A stretch of 64,000 nt of DNA from Vicugna vicugna. Taxonomy: Eukaryota. The stretch is taken from the NCBI GenBank assembly GCA_013265495.1, contig MU058037.1, positions 250,001 to 314,000 of the forward strand, read 5' to 3'. Positions within the stretch are counted from its first letter, which is position 1. Each line of letters starts with the position of its first letter. A program made the position numbers and the translations under genes. The notes under the pieces were generated by a model. It did no database searches, was not told where the DNA came from, and saw nothing but the letters and a program-made list of their open reading frames with translations. Positions 1-13,703 of the stretch are shown in pieces.

Positions 1-785
1 CTGACATTATTTTTTCACAAGACTCTTTCTCCTAAACCTTATTTGTCCAAAGAACATAATTTGTTTTAACTCATGACTCTGAAAAATACTTTCTTTTTGG
101 TTTCTGCGTTAACAGTAATGGATTATGTTAAGTTAGAGATTTTACTTGAAAGGCAGATGTAATATGTTCAGTAAATTACCTAAATCTTTCTGACATCCTC
201 TCCTCACTTCTTAAAGGGTAGCTACCATTTTCTTTGCAACTTCCCATAATCTTATTTTACGGTGCTTATGGTGTTCTATTTGATACCAAGTAACATCATC
301 CTCTGGAAGTTTCACAGAAATGTAAAAAGTTCTTTCCTTTTTGTTTGTTTGTTTTGATAAGCAGTATCAAAGGATCCCTCTTGAGTCCTGTCTCATTTAT
401 TATTTCTTATATTAGTAGTTTACCCAACTCTTAGAGGATAGGTAATTTTATATCTTTAAAGCTCTTCGTTTGAAATATTTTTAGTGTTTAAAATCCTAAG
501 TCAGCAGATCTTGTACACCCAACTTAGAATCCTTCTGGTTTTAGATCAGGTAGATTCCCTTACTTCAGTATTTTTGTCAAAGTCATTTTGATGGTGGTAG
601 AGAAGAGAGAAACCACCTGCACTGTAGCAGTTAATGTTTTATGTCTCTGGAGGATAAACTTGTATCTATATGTTACAGAAGTAAGTTTTAAATAACTAAG
701 ATTTTCTCCTGTGAATATCTTGCTTAACCTCTGAAATAATGTGGAGTGAGGCCCTTGCCTGTGGACACTTATTAAGGGCTTTCAG

Positions 786-919
786 ATTCAGAAAGCAAAT
801 ACATTAAATCCCAAGTTTTCTCTTGCAATTTTATCAGTCTCATTCACTAACTCATCTCCATGATTAAGTCAGTGTGTGTGTCTCAGCATGTCTACGAAAT
901 GATGCAGTGAATGAAAACG
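786..919 (+). other. Candidate non-coding (5'UTR-like) exon; alternative acceptor gives 838-919
   Basis: Donor ACG|GTAAGC at 919/920. Acceptors CTTTCAG (ends 785) and TTTTCTCTTGCAATTTTATCAG (ends 837). Unique sequence containing only short uORFs. Confidence 0.35.
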
Positions 920-2492
920 GTAAGCAAGCATGAGAAATCTTAACTGAAGGGCCACTGCTTTTCTATTCCTTTTACTGTTAAACATTGCTTAAGACCGATG
1001 TGGCCTTGTTGTTGGCCTAAGGATGGCATCGATAGCTAGCCATGTGAATTATCCTATTTGTTGTTGAGTCCCTGTATTTTAAAGATATAGAGGACCTATT
1101 TGGGAGTGTCCTTGTGAGTTCACGCTTCTCTGTTGATCTTTGGGAGCACCAGAATCTGTCTCTCAAACTGATGGAAGATAATGTCCCTACCTGAAACAGG
1201 CACCCAGACAATACAACCTGAAGCAACAGATTGAGAGAAATCCTTATTAGGCCAGGTAGCAGACTGGGTCACCAGAACCGTGACATGAACTCACGTGGGC
1301 GGTGTTAGTCAAAGAGTTTACTACAGGCATGGAAACTATGTTATCAAATGGAATTGTCTCCAGAAGGTACTAAATGTAGAGCCAAATGTAGGCTCTTATC
1401 TAGAGGTATTAGGAATGCAGTGTAATATTTCAATAGCAAGCATTTATACAAAGTTCAAAAAACTTTAAAAGTTTATGATTTATAGATATATATTGAGACT
1501 TTGCTTGTCTTCTCAAATAGTTAACATTGACTAGAGTATCAGCTACTCAGAAACCCTGTTTTATAATCAGTTTAAATAGCTTAATAATTAAAGTCCACTG
1601 GGTGTGAGCCAAGATAGAATTTTACATACTTATTATACTATTAGTAATTTATTATACTGTGTACCTTAGCTGCAAAATATTATTTAGTACAACCATTATA
1701 AATGTTCTTTTGCTATAAAAATAAAGCCATACATATATAATGGAGTAAAAAAATAGAGATTGCAAAATGCAATTGTGTTAAGGTTCTAACTGTTCCTTTA
1801 GTAAGGAATTAACGTAATCTTTGTGAATGAAAACAACTTAAAAATAAGTCTATTTATTCCTGTTATGACATTAACAGTATCACATACATAAAAATATTAG
1901 GTATCAGGTAGAAATACTATATTGAATTTTACATTCTTATTTGGAGCAGCTTTCAAGTTCATTTCTATTTATTAAGATCTTGAAGGCATAAGAGCCAAGT
2001 TGGGCAAGTAGGCTGTCAGATCTGATTGGAGAGACACCTTTATAAGAACCATGCTAGAAAGCATTAATTATGATCCAGCCAAATCACATTATGGATTCTA
2101 AGAATGAAAGCACTTTATATACTCAACAACTAATTTTCTAAAATGGATTGTTTTTCTTAGATGGATGAATAATTATATATTCAAATTATTGCAAAATGAA
2201 GGTGACATTTTTGTAGATCATTTCCCCAATTTATAGATGCTCTAAATGTTGAAAAAAAATGCAATCCAGGGGAAAGAAAGTGTCAGGATGGGAGAGACAG
2301 GAATATTTCAACCCAGATTTTGTTAGTTGTACAGCAGTGCCTTGGACATTCATGTGTCATGTGTCTTTTCTTTGTCTAGCTTTTACTTATAACAAGTGAC
2401 AAATGGTATAGATGCCTGTGATTTTTTAAAAACATGCCTGCTCAGAGTATGGTGGTTGTGGAACCCAAACATACAACATTTTGTCTTCTGCT

Positions 2493-3053
2493 CCATATCA
2501 TTTGGGCTACATGGGCCTGAAATCACAGAAAATCCAACTCCACCAGGGGTATGCAGTGAAGACACAGACTGGCTCACACAAAGAGAAACGCAAAAGATGA
2601 GGTGAGCTTCAGGGACACTTCATCCGGTATCTTTGCACCATTTCTTGTGATTCTCTTTACTAGGCTTCCCTCTAACTGTTGGCTTCTTCCTATGACTTGA
2701 CATATTTGTGCCTGACAGCATGCAAAAGGGAAAGAAGGAGGAGTTTCTATGAAAGCTTTCCCAGACAACTGAAAAGTACTTTGACTTGCTCCCCTGTCTC
2801 ACACCAAAGGCCTCTCATTGGAAATCTCATTGGCCCTCAATGAGCCATGTGCCCATTTATGAACCAGTCACTTAGAAGGAGGAAGATTAGATTGCCTTTA
2901 GTCCAGTTAGGTCTATTTCCAGACCTGGGGGATGGAGTTGGCTCTCCTGGAGGCACAGTGGGCTATCTAAGGGGAAAGGAGCAAATTGAGGTGCTGTTTG
3001 GAGGGGGGAATAGGGAATAGATGCTAAGTAGGAAGGCAGCACTGTATATTACA
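2493..3053 (-). mobile_element. MaLR solo LTR, MLT1K/L-like
   Basis: Diagnostic segment CTCATTGGCCCTCAATGAGCCATGTGCCCATTTATGAACCAGTCAC; right end ...TATTACA; resembles remembered MLT1K consensus. Confidence 0.7.
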
Positions 3054-3949
3054 AGCTTTAATGATACCCTCTCTTTTGCTGCCCTCTTACTAAAACACCC
3101 ATAGGTACCTAGTCTTGTAAGTGTCCTAAATTCTACACTTAACTCACTAGTCTCTCAAATTTCAGTTACCGCTGTATCTCATCTTCATAAAACATCTCTT
3201 TTAGATAAGAGTGAAAAAAATGTGAATTAAGGACAAGATATGATAAAAATAATATCTTAAGGAATATTTGTATTTTTATGTAAATGGTAGTTAGACACTT
3301 ACTGTATGTTTAATGCATGTTTAATGCAAACTACATGACGTATGTAGGCCAGGAGATGGAGGAAATTATATGATAGGACAAACTTCCTGGAGATCCTCAA
3401 ATCTACACCACACAGACAGATGAATACATACCATCCAAGTTGGAGAACATTAACATTGTAAGACAGATTGTCAGCTGTGTGCCCTAAGGACTGTTGAAAC
3501 ATGATAATCATTGGGGGGAATGGGATGGAGTTAATAGACTTGATGGGTTTATATTTTAGAAGATGGACGTGTGTATGATACATGTATGTAAATATCTACA
3601 TGTATCCATCTAAATCAGTAGCACCATATGTTATTAGAAATATGCTGGGTGCCTTCTTTGTGGTAAGGAAATGCAAAAAAAAAAAAAACCCCATGTATTT
3701 CGAATACTTTGAAGTCATGCAAATTCCCAAGCTTCCTAGATAATTCTCAAAGTTATAAAAAGGGATTTTATAACACATTCATTATATTAGATGAGTTGCT
3801 TTTTCTTTGTAATGCTAACAGTAAACTGTAAAATTTATGAGGCTGCTTCTAGAATAACAACATTGGTAAAGGAAGTAACTTGATTTTAGAGGATAAAAGC
3901 CTCTAAAACAACCAGCTGAAAATATTAAGAATAATGATCACCCCTTTCC

Positions 3950-4095
3950 TGAAATGAAGTTTTATCTCATTTTATCTTCACTCCAACACTGTAAATAAAA
4001 ACTTCCATTCTTCAGATGAGTAAATGGAGGCTCGAAGTCATTTGATTTTGTTTATTCTCGGTCACACAGCTTGTATGTGGTAGGGCTAAACTTTA
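3950..4095 (-). mobile_element. MIR SINE fragment
   Basis: CCATTCTTCAGATGAGTAAATGGAGGCTC...GGTCACACAGCT is the reverse complement of the MIR core. Confidence 0.7.
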
Positions 4096-4504
4096 TTTTC
4101 TTCTTTGCAGTATATCACAGCTGGCATCCCAAATTGATGAGAATGCTGTACAGGGTCAGCCTTGTAAGTAGAACAAATGCTCCTACTGTTGTATGATCTG
4201 AAGGCCCCCAAAATATTTTTCCTCTGTTTTTAGCAGTTTTAGAAATTCTACCATTAGTTCATTGCATTCTTTTTAAAGAGTGCTCTCCTAGCATCCCCAG
4301 TGCAAAGGCAAACTTGAGGGCATAGTCAGTATCTTTCTAACACATTAGTGTGAATGAGTTTTCTCCCTTCAGCAAAGGAGGAGCCTCACTGAGTGTATAG
4401 GAATTCTGGGTAGGAAGAGAGCTAAGAGGAGAGTCAAAGCTGTGTCTTAAATACAAATTTTGATGGAAATTAGCTTTCTTCTCTAATCGTTTTAATGTTA
4501 TTTG

Positions 4505-4715
4505 TGGGAGGCAGATGCCTTGGATTTAACTTTGATCTCTTCCACTTTCCAGCTGAGTGGCAGCTGATTAGTTAAATTCTTTTGCTCTTCTGTTTAAAAT
4601 ATGAGTAACAGTGCTTGCCTTACATCCTCAGAGGGTTCATGAAATGATCATGTGGGATAAAATATGTGAATATATTTGAACACTATAAAATGTTGGACAA
4701 AATGTAGTGATCAGT
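4505..4715 (+). mobile_element. MIR SINE (degenerate)
   Basis: CCACTTTCCAGCTGAGTG...CTGTTTAAAATATGAG...GGATAAAATATGTGAA, MIR-like core and tail. Confidence 0.55.
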
Positions 4716-7329
4716 ACTATTATAAAATACAAGTTTTTTGGGCACTAATCTAGGATTTTAAATGCTTCTCAAGAATAAAATATTAAGCATGGAGAGCAAC
4801 ACAATTATTTCTATTGATTTACCTTAACTATAGATGTGTGCATTCTATTAAGTATGTGTAGAGTGTAAAAATTGTGCTCATTTTCCATTATTTTAGGTTT
4901 TCCCACAAAAACCTAGAATCCTCATTTTTAGTGCTGTCAGTCTTGCATCCATCAATTTCTAGGATATCCTAGTAGTGAGATTTTAGTATTCCATAGCCAC
5001 TTGTGATAGCTGAGGATAATAAAATCTGGGTCTCTGATTATAAACCATCACGAACACCTCAGCCATTTTGGTAATAGAGGTAGAAGTCCTCCACTACATC
5101 CATCCACATTTGCTTCACAGAGACACATTACATGTAAGCAGTGAGATGACAGTTCACTCTATAATGTTATTAGTCTCTGAATTAGGCTAATTCATCGTTG
5201 TCCTCTAGTCTTAGCATTTTCCACAAATGCTGAGCTGACATTTATTTGATCTCGGACTGTTGCAAGATCACTTTCTGTTTTAATTAAAATAAAGTTTAGA
5301 AGGAAATAGAATGGCAGCACTTCTTCCCTTGGCAATAATAAAGTACTGTCTGTGGTATATAAAGATTTTACCCCTGAAGCCCTGTCAGTTTGGCATGCCG
5401 TTAATTATTTTTATATAGACAAAGTAATAGTATTATAAACATTTTAGAAAATAGAGGATAGTTGCCCATAATTTTCTCCTCCTTAATAATGTAACTTACA
5501 TTTTCATATTTGTATATACCTTTTCAGCATTTATCTGAATATATAAATACTTTAAAAATAATTGTAATCATGCTGTATGTTTAATTTTTGTTGCCATTAC
5601 TTTGCATGATATAATAAGCGTTTCTTTCTGTTGGGTATATACTTGTTTTTATTGCTTATGTAAAATGACCACCCAATATGTAGATAGACCAGTTTTTAGT
5701 TTGTTTTTTCTCTTTTATTAAAAACACTGTATTGAGGAGTGTATTCTCTTGACCATTTCCCCAGCCAAGCCAGAGTGATTTGGAGTTAAGTCATTTAAAT
5801 AGCCCTGTCCACTCTTGTGTGATCAAAGGTATGTAATTTCAAGATGACTGACTCAGTGCAGGGGCAGTTTTGAAACAGAATGAAATTTAGCCTCATTTTA
5901 GGAACTTGATTCCATGACATTGGCCACAATAGCATCTGTTCTAACTAATCAACATTAAATTTTTTTTTTGAATAAAGGATTATTGGTTATACTGAAAACC
6001 AGCGAGACTTACGGAGATTGACTTTTGAGTTTCATGAAGAGACTTGGCATTGGCTTTAAACAAACCCTTTATCCAGATATGCCCTTTTATCTTACCTCTA
6101 TATCTCACTTATTTAGGAAGGGCCACATTTTGACCTTCAAAATTGTTATTCTGCTTTCCCACAAATTACTTATGTTTACAGTTATCTGCAAGTTGCTCAC
6201 ATAACTAGACTGTGAGGAAGAGCTCTTATTTACAAACAAGTTCTATTTGTTCAGCTCTATTAGTTTTATTTCCAAACACCTTCAAAGACATAATGTCAAG
6301 ATCATTGAAATATAAATGTTATTAAAGTTCCCATAAGCCCACGTGATGACATACAGACTTTGGATCCTTAATGCATGAAAGCAGGGTCTTTTGTTACATT
6401 TCAAATATCTTATTTATTTGATGATTCAGGGCTTCTCAAGCAACTGAGAGACAAAATAACCTTTCCTAATATGTGACAATAATCTTAAAAACAGATTGAA
6501 GTCACTTCTTCACTTTGCATTTGACTTTTGTCCATGTTGGTATGCTTAAGTAGAATTCTCTACAGTGTGGTACGGATTCCAACTGTTGATGCCAGGAAGT
6601 AGAGCACATAGTGTGTCTGTGGCCAATATAGAGAGTTGAGGGATAGGGGGATGGGGGGGCCAAGGTGTGTTTAATTAGTCAACACTGATAAGGCTGGTGT
6701 TACTAGAAAGTGAAGAAAGCGGTGTCCTATACGAGGGCATAGTTGACAGTTCATTGAATGGTTACATGGGAAATCCTGGGCTATTGATGTTATATAGAAA
6801 TGTATGTAGTCTACGTGTCTGTCAAATGAGAAAATAATTTAGAATACTTAGACAGATGCACACATACACAGAGAGAGACAGACTGAGAGAGACAGGTTGC
6901 AGTCTTGCAAACAGAGGAGAAAAGGCCAGCCCCGGGTAAGTAGTGGCAGGCGTTTTATTTGTTATGTTGGAAGCAACAAACCTTTATGGAAGTCATAGTG
7001 GACTTTGAGCAATTAAAAAAGCAAATAACAAGATTAAACGACATGGTAAAATAAAATACTGTACCTGGGCAGAACAGCACGAGTCAAAAACTTGTGAAAA
7101 AAGATCAACAGAATTTGGTCAAGGCAAGGAAAAGAGAGATCCAGAATGTATAAGCATTCAACAAAATGAAACAGGTTTCTGAACATATTGTATAAAGATT
7201 TTTACCATCTCCCAATGGGGAAAAACTGAAGTATACAGCACATCCCTTCTGTGTGTCCTCTTCGGGTATGCTACATACAACATAGGGTGGGTGGATAATA
7301 TCTTTCTTGTGTAAGCCTCTATATACCAA

Positions 7330-7750
7330 AGATCTAAGAGAGTGTATGACATACAGGAAGGGCTAAGAAGGTTTTTTGAATGAGTGAATAAACGAAACAG
7401 GAACTTGAGAGAAGACTGGGAGTTTTCCAGGCAGAACAAGGGGACAGAGGTGTTTGAGGAAGAAGTACCAGCATGAACAAGGTAAAGAGGCATGAGCCAT
7501 CCCTCATTTAGCAGGGTTTGTTAGATGGACTGCAGGAAGGTTGATGTGGTTGTAGAAAAAAAAAGTATGTAACATGGAATGGGTCCTGGAAATTATGGGG
7601 GTACATAGAAGGAAAAAAGCCAGGTGACAAAAGATCCTGAACCCAACATTTAGAAGCTTTATTTTTATCCTGTGTATCAGCAAGATGAAAACATCAGAAA
7701 CTTATGTTTTAGGAAGATTACCATGGTGATGCATGGAGTATGTATAGGAG
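7330..7750 (-). mobile_element. L2 LINE fragment
   Basis: Purine-rich L2 3' region reverse complement (CAGCATGAACAAGGTAAAGAGGCATG; TTTTAGGAAGATTACCATGG). Confidence 0.6.
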
Positions 7751-7944
7751 ACACTTCCTGTCTCTCATAATTTTCCTTAAGACAAGCTTTGATTATTGAA
7801 TCAGACTGTTACATGATAAAAGGAATTCTGAAAGAATCTCTTCCTTCTTTGCCCATGCTGCCTTCATCAATTAGACATTGGTGGCAGCAGTAGTTAGATC
7901 TGGGACTCCTTTGGGCAAAGTGGCAACTAGGAGAAAATCTGTCT

Positions 7945-8430
7945 TTTTAGCCCAGATCATTATGCTAAACTCCAGATCCTTTTATCACTGTTTACTGTAT
8001 ATCTGCATTAGGTTGTTTCACAAGCATCTCAAATGTAGCATCTTCAAAACTGAATTCACCTTCCTTTCCCTAACTGGCTCCTGTTTTAGATTCTCTATGT
8101 TAGTAAATGTCACCCACACTGCCAAGTTACCTGATCCCTAAATCCATTGTGAAATTCTTCCTATCACTTTCTCTACCTATACCAAGACTAATAAATCCCA
8201 AATATTCCTGAATATCAAATATACATCTTCTTTCACTGTAGCTTTTTGAACAGCTTCATTATTTATTTCAATGTTAAGTGATGATTTAATATTTGTCTTC
8301 CTGTGTATTTGTTAGGCTCCATGAAGAAAGTAACCATTTCTGTTTTGTTAACTATAGTATTGCTAGCCCCTAGTATTAAGACTGGAACATAGAAAATTTT
8401 ATGAAAATGTATTTCAACTAGTGATTGACC
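7945..8430 (+). mobile_element. L2 LINE fragment with 3' tail
   Basis: AAGCATCTCAAATGTAGCATCTTCAAAACTGAATTC and tail GGCTCCATGAAGAAAG...CTGTTTTGTT...CTGGAACATAG. Confidence 0.7.
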
Positions 8431-9576
8431 TGCCTTTCTCTGGGTTCACTTATATTTCTTACGTCTGACTATTCAGACAAAACAGCTGAGACGCTCCAAA
8501 ACTATCCTGGATCTTAGCGGCTCCAACTAGGGATGCTCCAAGTTATCTTTTAGTGGTTGCAGCCCTTGGGATGTCTTCTAATCTCCAGCTTCCTGGAAAG
8601 ACCCCAAACTATGTCCCTGTCAAACAGCAGAGCCTGGAAGTAGGAGCTCCATAGGTGCATCACACATACTTAGTGGCTGACTGATAAGCAATTTGGTTGC
8701 TTCCAGCACCACAGTATTCAGCTATTTTTTATTCTACATTTGGTTTAATTTGGGATTGTCCAATTAAAATTATAAAACTGTAATTTTCTTCTTTTTTCCC
8801 ATTTCTTTCCTTTCTTCCTTTACTTTTCTTGATGAAAGAATTTAAAGCTTGACTATTGTTGGATGAAAGGTAATGAAGACTCTGCTTCATTCTTTTTTCA
8901 TGCTGCCACAGTGAGAACAAAACAAGTAAGCTCTTCCATCTATTAAATGTTAGGATTTTCAGTGAAATACTACTGAGGTTTTTAATTAAGAAATTACTTG
9001 TATTTATCCCTTTCTTGCATATTTGTTTTATTTTTCTCTCTGTCAGTTGAGCACATTCCATTGATTTTTAAACTAATTCAGGTCTACCATATATAATGAA
9101 GCAAAACTCCTTATTTGACTACTCAGCTACCTCCACCTCTCTTTCCAAGTAAGAGTTGTCTCTCCCCTTGTTCTCCATTTTACACTACCAATTTATTCCC
9201 AGTCCACTTCAATCTGGCTTTCAGTGTTACCAGTAAACTAAAATTTTTCTCCATAAGGGCGATAATATCACTATTTTTGATGGACTTTTCTTAGTTATCA
9301 CCTGAGCTTATGCCTCAGTGGTCATTTGATGAAATTGACCATTTTTTTTTCCATTTTAAAATCCATGCTTAGGTTTTCAAGTTTCCATGTTGACACCTCC
9401 TGTGTGTTTTTATCCCTCTCTGGCTGCTTGCTCTGTCACTTGCCAGCTCATTTTAACTGTCCAGTACATGTTGAAGTTTTTCAAGATTCAGTCTTAGCCC
9501 TTCTTTTCTCATTCTAATGCTTACTATATAGTAGTTCTCAAGCCTGGATAATTATTAAAATCATATAGAGGTGTTT

Positions 9577-12500
9577 TTTCCAGTTTTATTGAGAAATCAC
9601 TGACATACAATATTGTATAAATTTAAAGTACACGATGTGATTATTTGATATATGTATGCTTTGTGAAATAAGTACAATAGGTTTATTAACATCCATCACC
9701 TCATGCAGTTAGAAAATATTTTTTAAATATAAAAAAGTATCGTTGGCTATAGTCATCATGCTGTACCTTACATCCCCAGAACTTATCTATCTTCAAACAG
9801 GACGTTTATATCTTTTGACCACCTTCACCCAGTTCCTCCTCCCCAACCCTACACCTTCCACCTCTGGCAACCACAAATCTGGCCTCTCTTCTATGAATTT
9901 GATTTCTGTAGATTCCACATTTAAGTGAGATCACATGGTATTTGTCTTTGTCTGACTTATTTCACTTAGTGTTATGCTGTCAAGGTCCATCCACGTTGTC
10001 ACAACTGTCAGAATTTCCTTCTTTTTTAAGGCTGAAATGTATGTATGTACTCCTGTGTGTGTGTGTCTGTGTATGTGTGCACACATATGTGTATAACCAC
10101 ATTTTCTTTATCCATTCATCTGTCAATGGATACTTCTGTCTTGGATATTGTAAATAAAGCTGCAGTGAACATGGGAGTGAAGATGACTCTCTGGGATAAT
10201 GATTTTGTTTCTTTTGTATATATACCCTGAAGTGGAGTTTCTAGATCATGTGATAGTTCTATTTTTAATCTTTTGAGAAGCTTATATACTGTTCTCCATA
10301 TCTGTTGTACCAATTTGCATTCCTACCCACAATGTGCAAGCATTTGTTGTTCTCCACAGGCTTGCGAGCATTTGTTATCTCTTGTCTTTTTGATGATAGC
10401 CATCCTAACAGATGTGAGGTAACACCTCATTGTGGTTTTAGTTTGCCTTTCCTTACGAATTAGTGATGTTGAGCACCATTTCATGTACCTGTTGGGCATT
10501 TGAATATTTTCTTTGGAAAAATGTCTATTCAGGTCATTTGCTCAGTTTTTAATTTGTACTACTTATTTGTTTGTTTTGGTATTGAGTTGTATGAGTTCCT
10601 TTATATAATTTGGATGTTAACCCTAATCAGATATGTGGTTTGCAAATATTTTCTTCCATTCTGTAGGTTGTCTTTTCATTTTTTGTTGATTGTTTCTTTT
10701 ATTGTGCAGAGGTTTTTTAGTTTGATATAGTCCCACCTGTTTTTGATGTTGTTGTTTGTATTTTAGGTGTCACATCCAAAATCATTGCCAAGACCCATGT
10801 AAAGAAGACTTTCTTCAGTGCTTTCTTTTAAGGGTAGTATGGTTTCAGGCCTCATATTTAAATGTTTAATCCATTTCCAGTTAATTTTTGTGAGTGGTGT
10901 AAGTTAGGGGTCTAGTTTCATTCCTTTGCATGTGGATATTCAATTTTCCCAGTACTATGTATTAAAGAGACTGTCTTTTCTGCACTGAATATTCTTGATT
11001 CCCTTGTCAAATATTCTTTGACCCCATATGAATGCATTTATTTCTGGGCTCTTGATTCTGTTCAGTTGGTCTGTTTCTTTTTGTGCCAGTACCATATTGT
11101 TTTGATTACTATAGCTTTGGAATATAGTTTGAAATCAGAAAGTGTGATGCCTCCAGCTTTGTTCTTTCTTAGGATGGCTTTGGCTATTTGGAGTCTTTTG
11201 AATTTCCATACAAATTTTAGGATTTCTTTTTCTATTTTTATAAAAAATACTATTGGACCTCTTGATAGGGATTGCATTGAATCTGTAGATGACTTTCAGT
11301 AGTATGACTATTTTAACCAATCAATTCTAATTCATGCACATGGGATATCTTTCCATTTATTTTCTGTCTTCTTCAATTCCTTTCAATAAATATTTTATAG
11401 TTTTCAGTGTACAAATACTTCATTTCCTTGGTTAAATGTATTCCTAAGAATTTTATTGTTTTTGATGCTGTGGTAAATGGGATTATTTTATTTCTCTTTC
11501 AGTTAATTCATGGTTAATGTATATAAATTATATTAATTTTCACATGTTGCTTTTGCATTCTGCAATTTTAATAAATTTTTTTATTAGATCCAGCAATTTT
11601 TGAGTGGAGTCTTTACCATTTTCTGTATATAAAATCATGTCATCTGCAAATCTAAACAGTTTTACATCTTCCTTTCCAACTCTAATGCCTTTAATTTCTC
11701 TTTCTTGCCTGACTGCCCTGACTAGGATTTTTCTACTACTGTGTATAAGTAGTGGTGAGTGTGAGAACCCTTTCTTGTTCCTGAACTTAGAGGAAATGTT
11801 TTCAGTCTTTCACCATTGAGTATGATGCTAACTGGGCTTATTATATATGGCCTTTATTATATTAAGGTATATTCCTTATATACCTAATCTGTTGAGAGTT
11901 TTTATCATGAGTGAATATTGAATTTTGTCAAATGCTTTTTCTGTATCTGTTGAGATGATCTTATAATTTTAATCCTTTATTCTATTAATGTAATGTATCA
12001 CATTGATTTACATATGTTGAACCATACTGTTACTCATTCATCGATAAATCCCACTTGATCATGGTGTATGATCCTTTTGATGTGCTGCTGAATTTGGTTG
12101 GCTTGTATTTTCTTGAGAACTTTTGCATCTATATTCATCAGGGATATTGGCCTGTAATTTTCTTTCCTTGTAGTGTCATTATCTGACTTTGTTATCAGAG
12201 AAATACAGGCCTTGTAAAATGTGTAAAATAAGATTCCAAGTGTTTCCTCCTCTTCAGTTTTTTGGAGTAGTTTGTGAAAGATTGGTATCAGTACTTCTTT
12301 AAATGTTTGGTAAAATGACCAAAGAAGAATTCTGGTCCTGAGCTTTTATTTCTTGGGAGCTTCTTGATTACTGATTCATTCTCCTTACTTATTACTGGTG
12401 TGTTCACATTTTCTATTTTCTTCATGATCCAGTCTTGGTAGGTGGTATGTTGCCAGGAATTTATACATTTCTTCTAGGTTGTTCAGTTTGTTGGTATGTG

Positions 12501-13703
12501 GGGTTGACTTGCCAACCTCCCTTTGTAGTAAAAAAAATCCATATATAAATTTTGACTTCCCCCAAACTGAACTACTAATAGCTTACTATTGACCAAAAGC
12601 CTTACTGATGGCATACACAGTTCATTGACACACGTTTTGTATGTTATATGTATTGTATACTGTATTCTTACAAAAAAAAGTAAGCTAGAGAAAAGAAAAT
12701 GTTATTAAGAAAGTCATAAGAGAAAAGACATTTTAGTACTATATTGTATTTACAATACTGTAAGTTTATTTTGTCTGTTTAGATGATGAATTGTCTATCT
12801 ATTAGTAACTACATCAGTACTGTCTTTATGATACAAAACACTGAAGATTTTATATTATCCCTAACACTAGACATCAAAATGAAAAGATAATGTGAAAAAG
12901 AAATTCATGTTTATTTACAGGTTTAATGATTCATGCATTGATGCAAAGAAGCAACAATATGATTGCTTTATGGTAGCCTAGTGTAATCAATACTATGTCT
13001 TCATGGTAGCCTAGCCTATTTACTAGTGAATGAATCTTCATAAAATGTTTATGGCATACAGTATTACAGTTATATTCATAATACAGTACTGGAGACGTTG
13101 TTACATTAAAAAAACACTTACCTATGATGCAGTTTTTCCAATTATGAGAGAGAGACGCATACTGTATGATAACATTAGTTTTCTTATTTGAAAACAAAGT
13201 TATAAAACAGTAAGAAAACTAATGCACTATTAATTTTATATTAAATTACTCACCTTATGCCTATGTAAGGATAGTCTAGTATCTATATGTATTTTATGCA
13301 CTCATGACACACCTAACTTTTACATTTTTTTGGTATTTCTAGACTATGTGGTTTGTTTGCAATATTTTTCAAATTGTTGCAAGTCTCCAAAAATTTTCCT
13401 ATATATTTATTGAAAACACATGTATAAGTGGACCTGTGCAGTTCAAACTCATGTTGTTCAAGAGTCAGCTGTAGTTATTTGTAATAGTCTCTTATGATCT
13501 TTGAATTTCTGTAGTTGTAATGTCTCCTCTTTCATTTATAATTTTATTGATTTGGGTCCTTTCTCATTTTTTCTTGGATTGTCTAGCTAAAGATTTGCCA
13601 ATTTTGTTTATCTTTTCAAAGAACCCAACTATTGATTTTGCTAATCTTTTCTACTGTTTTCCTGTTCTTTATTTCATTTATTTCTACTCTAATCTTTCTT
13701 TAT
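9577..13703 (-). mobile_element. 5'-truncated L1 (L1MA/MB-like 3'UTR plus ORF2 3' half), inactive, interrupted by Tigger2
   Basis: ORF2 peptides in track ([41 protein letters not shown]). 16-bp TSD TCATATAGAGGTGTTT (9561-9576) / TCACGTAGAGGCATTT (13704-13719). Confidence 0.92.
12497..13471 (-). mobile_element. Tigger2/MER28-family TcMar non-autonomous DNA transposon (~975 bp)
   Basis: Right TIR ...GTTGTTCAAGAGTCAGCTG followed by TA (13472-13473); TA at 12495-12496; left TIR partly deleted; internal AGTAAGCTAGAGAAAAGAAAATGTTATTAAG typical of Tigger2. L1 resumes colinearly on both sides. Confidence 0.85.

Noticed and set aside
6798..6941. Exon ending CGG|GTAAGT
   Set aside because: Good donor, but upstream acceptors lack a pyrimidine tract; no further support.
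8701..8722. REST/RE1 site (TCCAGCACCAC)
   Set aside because: Left half only; GGACAG half absent.
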